A program made the position numbers and the translations under genes. 64,000 bases of DNA from assembly GCA_032122625.1 (NCBI GenBank), contig JAQBGG010000004.1, forward strand, positions 47,702-111,701, given 5' to 3'. The notes under the pieces are model-generated. The model was not told the DNA's origin. It searched no databases and saw only the letters and a list, made by a program, of their open reading frames with translations. Positions 57,779 to 64,000 of this stretch are shown piece after piece. Within the stretch, counting starts at the first letter, position 1. Each line of letters opens with the position of its first letter. The DNA is from Acidobacteriota bacterium. GTDB lineage: Bacteria > Actinomycetota > Thermoleophilia > Solirubrobacterales > 70-9.

Positions 57779-58522
57779 TCAGACGCCCGCCGCCGATCGG
57801 GCCGAACGATGGGCGGCCTCCTCGAGTCGGTCGTCGAGCGGCTCCAGCTCGGGAGCCCGGCCGGTACGCCTCGCGATCGCGGCCTTGATCAGGTGGTCGG
57901 CGAGCCAGGTGTTCTTCGGTAGCAGCGGCCCATGAAGGTAGGTGCCGATCGCGTTGCCGATGCGCACCCCCTCGTGGCCATCAGCCCCGTTGTTGCCATG
58001 CCCTTTGAGCACCCGGCCGAGCGGCTCGGCATCCTCGCCGAGGTAGGTCCTGCCGCCATGGTTCTCGAAGCCGGCAAGGACCCGCGGCCCCCGGCCGAGG
58101 TCGACCTCGATCGCGACATTGCCGATCAGGCGCTCTCCGGGCTCGCGCACCGTTCTCAGGTCGGCCAGCCCGAGCCCCTCGATCCGCTCGTCGCCGAGCT
58201 CGTAGCTGTGGCCGAGCAGCTGGTAGCCACCGCAGACCGCCAGCAGGACGGCGTCACTCGCCAGGGCCGCGGTGATCGCCTCTCGCTTGCTCTCGACCAG
58301 GTCGGCGGCCACCGCTTTCTGGTCGCGATCCTGGCCGCCGCCGATGTAGATCAGATCGTGCTCATCGGGCTCGAAGGCCTCGCCGGAACCACAGGCCGTG
58401 TAGCTGAAGCCGATCCCGCGCCACTCGCAGCGACGCTGCAGAAAGAGGACGTTGCCGCGGTCGGCGTAGATGTTCATCTGTTCCGGATACAGCGCGATCA
58501 GACGGAGCTCGAGCTCGCTCAT
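57779..58522 (-). CDS. gatD: lipid II isoglutaminyl synthase glutaminase subunit GatD (CobB/CobQ-like GATase)
   Basis: LIALYPEQMNIYADRGN, IYIGGGQDRDQ, AVCGGYQLLG (nucleophile Cys) and GFENHGGRT. Confidence 0.82.
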   Translation of the reverse strand: MSELELRLIALYPEQMNIYADRGNVLFLQRRCEWRGIGFSYTACGSGEAFEPDEHDLIYIGGGQDRDQKAVAADLVESKREAITAALASDAVLLAVCGGYQLLGHSYELGDERIEGLGLADLRTVREPGERLIGNVAIEVDLGRGPRVLAGFENHGGRTYLGEDAEPLGRVLKGHGNNGADGHEGVRIGNAIGTYLHGPLLPKNTWLADHLIKAAIARRTGRAPELEPLDDRLEEAAHRSARSAAGV

Positions 58523-59286
58523 CGGGGGCCTCGCATTCGCACGATGACCGAGCCGACGTGATCGTCGGTCTCGACGATCGGCAGTCGCGGCAGCGGCCGC
58601 ATCCCACAGAGCTCCGCCTCGGATTCGAGTGTCGCCGGGGTAAGCCGGTCGAGCGTCACCATGTGGATCTCATCGGTGAGCCGGCCGGTCGGAGAGACGA
58701 GCTGACGCAGCCTCTCGATCGTGATCGAATCCGGGGCGATGCGGATCTCAGTCGGGAGGCTGGAGTGGACCCAGCCATCGATCTCGCGGACGTCCGGCAA
58801 CGGCGCCGGGGTGTCTGCTGTGGGGGGTCCAAGCGGTGGCAAGGGGTCATCGAGCACGGCGGCGTAGAACTCCCCGCCTGGGCGCAAGGAGGCGGCCGCG
58901 GCGCAGAGCATCCGCACGCGGCCGGCGGGGCCGTCGAGCAGGTGAACCAGTTGCATCGGGGCGAGAATCAGGCCAAAGCGCTCGTCGAGTTCGAACTCGC
59001 GGACGTCGGCATGCGCGACGGCGACCGGCAGGTCCCGTGCGGCCGCGCGCTCGCGCAGGACTTCAACCAACTCGAGATCACGCTCGACGGCAAGGACTCG
59101 GTGCCCGCGGGCTGCGAGATGGAGGGCGACGCGGCCGGTGCCGGCGCCGAGGTCGAGGACGGGCCCCTCGCAGCGCTCAGCGACCTGCTCCCAGATGACC
59201 AAGTCGGCACCGTAGGAGCCGTTTTCGGCGTCGTGCCAGACGGCGGCGGAGTCGATCGCCGGTGGCGCCTGTCGGATGGCTCTCAT
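58519..59286 (-). CDS. class I SAM-dependent methyltransferase, coupled between murT and gatD
   Basis: VLDLGAGTGRVALHLAARGHRVLAVERD carries SAM motif I plus the acidic loop. ATGA overlaps occur at both ends (59283-59286 and 58519-58522). 255 aa. Confidence 0.8.
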   Translation of the reverse strand: MRAIRQAPPAIDSAAVWHDAENGSYGADLVIWEQVAERCEGPVLDLGAGTGRVALHLAARGHRVLAVERDLELVEVLRERAAARDLPVAVAHADVREFELDERFGLILAPMQLVHLLDGPAGRVRMLCAAAASLRPGGEFYAAVLDDPLPPLGPPTADTPAPLPDVREIDGWVHSSLPTEIRIAPDSITIERLRQLVSPTGRLTDEIHMVTLDRLTPATLESEAELCGMRPLPRLPIVETDDHVGSVIVRMRGPR

Positions 59287-60689
59287 TTCCAGTACTCCTC
59301 GGCGTGCCCGCTCTGCGTGAGCAGCGTGCGCAGTTCGATCAGCGCGGTGTAGGTCGGCAGGGCGAAGAGATCGGGCTCAGCGCCGCTCAGCGCGGAGTCG
59401 AGGGAGGGACCGATCCCCCCTGTTACCTCGATCCCCTCGAGCGGCCAGCCCGCGTACTTGAGCCGCAGGGCGAGCTCGGGCGCCCGCGTTCCGCTGCAGG
59501 TGATCTTCCGTACGGCCGGCGCGAGCAGCTCAAAGTCGGCGTCCCAGATCCAGGAGACATCATGGCCGTCGGCGGTGCGGTCGTTGAGGGCGAGCCAGAC
59601 ATCGAGCGGCCGGCCGCGGCTGTCGGCCTCCTGGCGGAGGGTCCGCAAGACCTCGTTTGCGCCGACCGGGTTCTTGATCAGGAGGATCGAGAGCGCCTTG
59701 TGGTCGACCTCGATCGTCTCGACCCGCCCGAAGACGGCTTCGACTCCGGCCAGGGCATCGGCGATCAGCTCAAGGCCGATCCCGAGGCGCTGCGCGGCGG
59801 CGATCGCGGTGAGCGCGTTGTAGACGTTGTAGAGCCCGGGTAGGGGGAGCTCGATCGAGGCGCGGCCGTTAGGGGTTGTGACCTCAAATCGCGAGCCCCG
59901 CATGCCGAGCAGCTGGATCGATCGAGCGGCGACGTCGGGGGTGGGGCGGCCGGCCCCGCAGTTGGGGCAGTCGTAGTGCCCGAGGTGGCCGACGAAGGCG
60001 CGCTCGTACCGGTAGGGATGGCCACAGCGACGGCAATGCTTGGCGTCATGAGCGTGCTGCAGCTCGGCCAGCGCCTGGGTTGGATCCTCGATTCCGAAGT
60101 ACGTCGTCCCCGCCCGGCGCCGTAGCTCACCGTCGCGGCCGAGGTCGGCAACGAGCGGGTCGTCGGCGTTGAGCACGGCGCTGGCGCCGCGAGCTTCCAG
60201 TGCTTCAACCACCTCGACCCATTCGTCCGCCAGCCGCTCGAGCTCCCCGTAGCGGTCGAGTTGGTCGCGGAAGAGGTTGGCGAGGACGAGCAGGTCCGGC
60301 TCCAGTTGCGCGCTGACCCTTGGCAGCCATGCCTCGTCGACCTCGAACAGTCCCTCCCTGCCGCGCTGCTCGAGTAACGCGGTGGCGACGCCCCAGGCCA
60401 TGTTCGATCCGGCCCGGTTGTGAACCGGACTACGGCCGGCGGCAGCCATCGCCGCGGCGATCATCCCCGCCGTTGTCGTCTTGCCGTTGGTGGCACTGAT
60501 CAGGGTCGAACCGTCCGTCAGCCCGGCCCCGAGCCGCGCGATCGCATCGGGAGCGCTCCTCAGCAGCATCCGCCCGGGCAGGGTGGTGCCGCCGCCGCGG
60601 CCGCTGAGCCGGCTGAGCCGGCCCACGGTGCGGGCCAAGGCGCGCTTGACGCCGAAGGTGGGCGATCGCTTGGTTGCCGGTGGGCTCAC
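59283..60689 (-). CDS. murT: lipid II isoglutaminyl synthase ligase subunit MurT (Mur-ligase family)
   Basis: SATNGKTTTAGM P-loop, the Cys4 ribbon CRRCGHPYRY...YDCPNCG, and a DUF1727-like C-terminus. 468 aa. Confidence 0.85.
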   Translation of the reverse strand: MSPPATKRSPTFGVKRALARTVGRLSRLSGRGGGTTLPGRMLLRSAPDAIARLGAGLTDGSTLISATNGKTTTAGMIAAAMAAAGRSPVHNRAGSNMAWGVATALLEQRGREGLFEVDEAWLPRVSAQLEPDLLVLANLFRDQLDRYGELERLADEWVEVVEALEARGASAVLNADDPLVADLGRDGELRRRAGTTYFGIEDPTQALAELQHAHDAKHCRRCGHPYRYERAFVGHLGHYDCPNCGAGRPTPDVAARSIQLLGMRGSRFEVTTPNGRASIELPLPGLYNVYNALTAIAAAQRLGIGLELIADALAGVEAVFGRVETIEVDHKALSILLIKNPVGANEVLRTLRQEADSRGRPLDVWLALNDRTADGHDVSWIWDADFELLAPAVRKITCSGTRAPELALRLKYAGWPLEGIEVTGGIGPSLDSALSGAEPDLFALPTYTALIELRTLLTQSGHAEEYWK

Positions 60690-60727
60690 GGCCGCAGATG
60701 ATGACCGTCGGCGCCGCCGGGGTGGTG

Positions 60728-61639
60728 TCAGGGCCCGGAGGCGGGCGCGATCACGCTCAGCGACGAGGCCCGCAGCTTGATCGTGCAGGGCAGATCCGTG
60801 ATCAGCTCGCCGTCGGCGTAGACGGCGAAGGGGCGGTCAGCCTCGATCTCGACCACAGCCGCCCGCGAGCTGGAGACCTCCGGCCGATCCACGTGGGTGC
60901 CCTTGAAGATGTCGGGTAGGCCGCGGAGGAAGCTGAGCTTGGAGACGTCGGCTGTGGTGATCACATCGAGCAGCCCATCGTCGAGCTCGGCCTCCGGGGC
61001 GATGAACATGCCTCCGCCGTAGGCCCGGGAGTTGGCGACGGCCACCGAATAGCCCCTGAAGCTGCGCACCTCACCGTCCTCGGTCAGTGTGAAGCGGGCC
61101 GGCTTCCACTGGGCGAGGGCACGAAGGGCCGCGTAGGCGTAGACCAGCGGACCGCGGATCCACTTCGTCTCGTTGGCGATCCGATTGGCGTCGGAGTCGA
61201 ATCCGCAGCTGGCGATGCAGAGGAAACGAACGCCGTTGGCCTCGCCGACGTCGATCCGCCGAGTCTCACCCGCCAGCAGCAGCGCCACCGCTTCCTCCGG
61301 CTCGGAGGGGATCCCGAGTACACGAGCGAGGTCATTGCCGCGGCCGCCGGGGATCACGCCGAGTGGTACGTCGCCGCCACTGAGCCCGCCCCCGATCTTG
61401 CCGATCAACCCGTCGCCGCTCATCACCACCGGGATCGAGCCCTCAGTCGCGGCACGCTCGGCCTCGGCCATGCCGTGCTCGAGATCACGGGTGACGATCA
61501 GCTCGTAGGTGGCGCCGGCGGCCCGCAGCGCGGCCTCGACCCGCGGCAGCAGGTCCTTCGCGCGGCCGGCTCCCGCGGAGGGGTTCATCAGCAAGACGAA
61601 GCGCTGCTCGACTGCGGGCTGGGGCTGCGCGGCGTCCAC
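60728..61639 (-). CDS. diacylglycerol/lipid kinase family protein (DAGK_cat, YegS/BmrU-like)
   Basis: The start is set at GTG 61639 (residue 33 of ORF 60728..61735), 10 nt after the upstream MTase stop. Motifs are FVLLMNPSAGAGRA, VVMSGDGLIG and GVIPGGRGNDLAR. Confidence 0.8.
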   Translation of the reverse strand: MDAAQPQPAVEQRFVLLMNPSAGAGRAKDLLPRVEAALRAAGATYELIVTRDLEHGMAEAERAATEGSIPVVMSGDGLIGKIGGGLSGGDVPLGVIPGGRGNDLARVLGIPSEPEEAVALLLAGETRRIDVGEANGVRFLCIASCGFDSDANRIANETKWIRGPLVYAYAALRALAQWKPARFTLTEDGEVRSFRGYSVAVANSRAYGGGMFIAPEAELDDGLLDVITTADVSKLSFLRGLPDIFKGTHVDRPEVSSSRAAVVEIEADRPFAVYADGELITDLPCTIKLRASSLSVIAPASGP

Positions 61640-61649
61640 TGCGCGAAAT

Positions 61650-62189
61650 CTATTCGCCCTTGCGGGCGACGAAGTAGGAGCCGCTGCCGATCCGGCCGGC
61701 GCTGACCTTGACGAAGTCGTGGCGGCGGAAGCCACGCTCGAGGACGGAGTCGGGCGTGAAGAAGGGTGTGCGCTCGCCGGATGAGGCGGCGACGATCACG
61801 TGGCCGCCGTGGCGCAGCATGCGGGCGGTCTCCGCGAAAAAGGGCGGCATGTTCAGCTGGGTGACGAGATCGAAGTGACCCTCCGGCCAAGGCAGCCTTG
61901 CGGCGTCGGCTACGCGGAATGCGATCCGGCCCTCGGGATCGAGACCGATCTTGGCCTTCGCCTGGCGGATCATCCGCTCGGAGATGTCGGCGCCACGGAT
62001 CGACGCATGGGGAAACTCCCGGGCCAAAAACAGCGCCGCGACGCCGGTTCCTGTGCCGAGATCGAGGGCCCGCTCGGGGCGTCGATCGATCTTCGTCACG
62101 GCTACCGCCAGGGGCGCCAGGTGGGAGGGCCCCGGGGCCCCGGTCCGCTCGTCCCAGCCCGGCGCCCGATCGTCGAAGTAGGAGGCCAT
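61650..62189 (-). CDS. small class I SAM-dependent methyltransferase
   Basis: ATG 62189 gives 179 aa with ALDLGTGTGVAALFLA and GADISERMI. GTG 62330 would add 47 aa. The rest of ORF 61650..63179 is antisense to the cyclophilin gene. Confidence 0.75.
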   Translation of the reverse strand: MASYFDDRAPGWDERTGAPGPSHLAPLAVAVTKIDRRPERALDLGTGTGVAALFLAREFPHASIRGADISERMIRQAKAKIGLDPEGRIAFRVADAARLPWPEGHFDLVTQLNMPPFFAETARMLRHGGHVIVAASSGERTPFFTPDSVLERGFRRHDFVKVSAGRIGSGSYFVARKGE

Positions 62190-62399
62190 CGGTCGCCGCA
62201 GGAGTGGCCAGAGCCAGGGCGCGTGAGCGACGACGGCGTTGAGGGAGCGCCCGATCAGCCGGATTCTCGTCGGTGGGCCGCTACGCGGCTCCGGCTCGGT
62301 GAGCGGCGGCGGGGGCTCTCGATTCGGCACGGGCCCATGTTTACAACCCGTTAGGCTCTCGCGCTGAGCGGGGACGTCCACTGCGACCCGTGACCGCGG

Positions 62400-63107
62400 A
62401 TGACCGAGCCACCGAAAGACCCGCAAACAAACCCTCCGCGCCGCGGAGCGATGATCTTCGCCGCCGCGATGGTCGTCGTGATCGCCGTCGTCGTGGCTGT
62501 GCTCCTGCTCGGCGGCGGGGACGACGCCGACAGCACCTCCGCCTCCGGTGAGGCTGCCGATTGCGAATCCGTCGACGCGCCGGAGGCCAAAACGGTAGAT
62601 CTGCCCGGGCCCGATGCAAAGGCCCCGACATCGTCGAAGGTCGTCTTCGACACCAGTTGCGGCAGCTTCACCGTGACGCTGGATGCCGACCGCGCGCCAA
62701 AGACGGCCGCCTCCTTCCAATACCTCGCCGAGGAGGGTGTGTTCGACAACACCCAGTTCCACCGGGTCGCACCGGGCTTCGTCGTCCAGGGCGGCGATCC
62801 GAGCGGCGATGGGTCCGGCGGCCCCGGTTACTCGGTAACGGAGCGGCCGCCGAACGATCTCTCCTATACCCGCGGCCTCGTGGCGATGGCAAAGACCGGC
62901 GCCGAGCCTCCGGGCACCTCGGGTAGTCAGTTCTTCATCGTCACTTCCGAGGCCGACGCCGGGTTGCCTCCCGACTTCGCGCTCGTCGGCGAGGTGACCG
63001 AGGGCTTGGACACCGTGCTTGCGATCGAGGCGCTCGGCGCCGGGCCCGGCTCCGATGGACCCCCGAGCCAGCCGGTGGTCGTCAACAGCACGATGGTGGA
63101 GGGATGA
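62400..63107 (+). CDS. membrane-anchored cyclophilin-type peptidyl-prolyl cis-trans isomerase
   Basis: An N-terminal TM helix (MIFAAAMVVVIAVVVAVLLL) is followed by FHRVAPGFVVQGGDPSGDGSGGPGY and GSQFFIV. Confidence 0.9.
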   Translation: MTEPPKDPQTNPPRRGAMIFAAAMVVVIAVVVAVLLLGGGDDADSTSASGEAADCESVDAPEAKTVDLPGPDAKAPTSSKVVFDTSCGSFTVTLDADRAPKTAASFQYLAEEGVFDNTQFHRVAPGFVVQGGDPSGDGSGGPGYSVTERPPNDLSYTRGLVAMAKTGAEPPGTSGSQFFIVTSEADAGLPPDFALVGEVTEGLDTVLAIEALGAGPGSDGPPSQPVVVNSTMVEG

Positions 63108-63108
63108 G

Positions 63109-63570
63109 ATGGCAAAGCTGAAAGTGGGCGACGACGCCCCCGACTTCGAGAAGCCTTGGACCGGCGAGGGCGACTTCAAGCTCTCCGATCAGCGTGGCAG
63201 GTGGGTGGTTCTCGCCTTCTACCCAGGCGATGAGACCCCGACCTGCACGCGACAGATGTGCGAGTACCGGGACAGCTCCGAGAAGCTCGACGGCCTCGAT
63301 GCCGAGATCATCGGGATTTCTCCCCAGGGCATCGAGTCACACGAGAGCTTCATCGCCAATCACCGCCTCAACATGCCGCTCGTCGCGGACAAGGGCCTCG
63401 AAGTTGCGGAGGCCTACGGGATCAAGCTCGCATCGGTCTTGCGCCGGGCGATCTTCATCGTCGATCCCAAGGGCAAGATCGCCCATCGAGACGTCAAGAC
63501 TCTCGGCCTCAGCTTCACCGACAGCGACAGCATCGCGGCGGCGTTGACCGAAGCCCGCTCCGCCGCCTAG
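63109..63570 (+). CDS. bcp: thioredoxin-dependent peroxiredoxin Bcp/PrxQ
   Basis: ATG at residue 31 of ORF 63019..63570. VGDDAPDF...WVVLAFYPGDETPTCTRQMC. 153 aa. Confidence 0.87.
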   Translation: MAKLKVGDDAPDFEKPWTGEGDFKLSDQRGRWVVLAFYPGDETPTCTRQMCEYRDSSEKLDGLDAEIIGISPQGIESHESFIANHRLNMPLVADKGLEVAEAYGIKLASVLRRAIFIVDPKGKIAHRDVKTLGLSFTDSDSIAAALTEARSAA

Positions 63571-63581
63571 CTCCCCGGGCC

Positions 63582-64000
63582 GTGGCCGGACCGGCATCCT
63601 CGGAGTCGGAGTTCGAAGCCGCAGGTGCCGGCGGCACAACGCTGCGCGGCTGGACTCAGGGGGAGGGCCCGTCGATCGTCCTCGCCCACGGAATCACGGC
63701 TCACAGGGACCTCGTCGTCCACGGCTCCTCACATTTGCCGCGAGCCGGCTACCGCCTGATCTCCTATGACGCGCGCGCCCACGGCGAGAGTGATCCCGGT
63801 GCCGTCGGCAGCTACGGGTACGGAACGCTCAGCGACGACCTCGAGGCGGTCTGCTCCGATCGGGAGGCCGGCCGGCCGCTGCTCTGCGGACACTCGATGG
63901 GTGCCCACACCGTGCTGGTCGCCGCCCTGCGAAACCCGGAGGCCTTCGCCGGCCTCGTCCTGATCGGCCCTGTGAGCCAGGGTGAATACCCGCCGGAGGA
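63582..64000 (+). CDS. alpha/beta hydrolase, 3-prime truncated by the window end
   Basis: This frame (not in the ORF track) is open from GTG 63582 to the window end. It reads IVLAHGITAHRD...YDARAHGES...LCGHSMGAH (GxSxG)...GLVLIGP. Confidence 0.7.
   Translation, partial: MAGPASSESEFEAAGAGGTTLRGWTQGEGPSIVLAHGITAHRDLVVHGSSHLPRAGYRLISYDARAHGESDPGAVGSYGYGTLSDDLEAVCSDREAGRPLLCGHSMGAHTVLVAALRNPEAFAGLVLIGPVSQGEYPPE

Noticed and set aside
62190-63179. Upstream 330 codons of the 509-aa minus-strand ORF 61650..63179
   Set aside because: It is antisense to the cyclophilin and bcp genes. The methyltransferase fold is complete from ATG 62189, or at most GTG 62330.

Overview
Visibly GC-rich (not computed) chromosomal core segment. 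It is almost gap-free, with about 63 protein genes, most on the + strand. I saw no rRNA, tRNA, CRISPR array, transposase or integrase, prophage gene or recognisable defence gene.

Gene content in order:
- Pyrimidine operon: pyrC, an ISOC-like hydrolase, carA, carB, pyrK, pyrD.
- mihF-gmk-rpoZ-coaBC, a TPR protein, dtd.
- RNA/translation supercluster: rimP-nusA-infB-[macrodomain]-rbfA-nrnA-truB-ribF-rpsO-[AhpE-like peroxiredoxin + CPHC thioredoxin-fold protein]-pnp-M16 peptidase-dapB.
- PAP2-like protein, amidase, SnoaL-like protein, dapA-rnj.
- A minus-strand membrane protein and an OmpR-type two-component pair.
- ftsK, a RodZ-like protein, cinA, thpR-recA-recX, HAD hydrolase, DMT-like membrane protein, rny, membrane cytochrome c, miaB-miaA-dapF.
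- SDR, dapL-like aminotransferase, epimerase, secreted GH114-like protein, SRPBCC protein, hflX, dut.
- A minus-strand envelope operon: MTase, lipid kinase, murT, MTase, gatD.
- Cyclophilin, bcp, and a 3-prime-truncated alpha/beta hydrolase.

The gene order matches, from memory, two conserved Actinomycetota blocks (pyr-mihF-gmk-rpoZ-coaBC, and nusA...pnp-pepR-dapB / dapA-rnj / ftsK...recA-recX...miaB-miaA-dapF-hflX). RNase Y together with RNase J, PyrK/PyrD-1B and a DapL-type aminotransferase hints at a deep-branching high-GC Gram-positive lineage; this is inference only.

I did not find a convincing self-contained novel system such as a defence island. The best leads are:
1. A SAM methyltransferase translationally coupled between murT and gatD.
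2. A 289-nt leader upstream of dapB with mutually exclusive helices.
3. A 22-bp perfect inverted repeat between mihF and gmk.
4. Three related long-loop hairpins after recX.
5. Lineage-specific genes inserted into otherwise rigid operons: the ISOC-like hydrolase in the pyr operon, the macrodomain after infB, and the peroxiredoxin pair between rpsO and pnp.
6. Unusual C-terminal tails on NusA and PNPase.

Internal start sites were derived from ORF-track coordinates plus residue counting. All homology calls rest on motif recognition by eye, not on searches.
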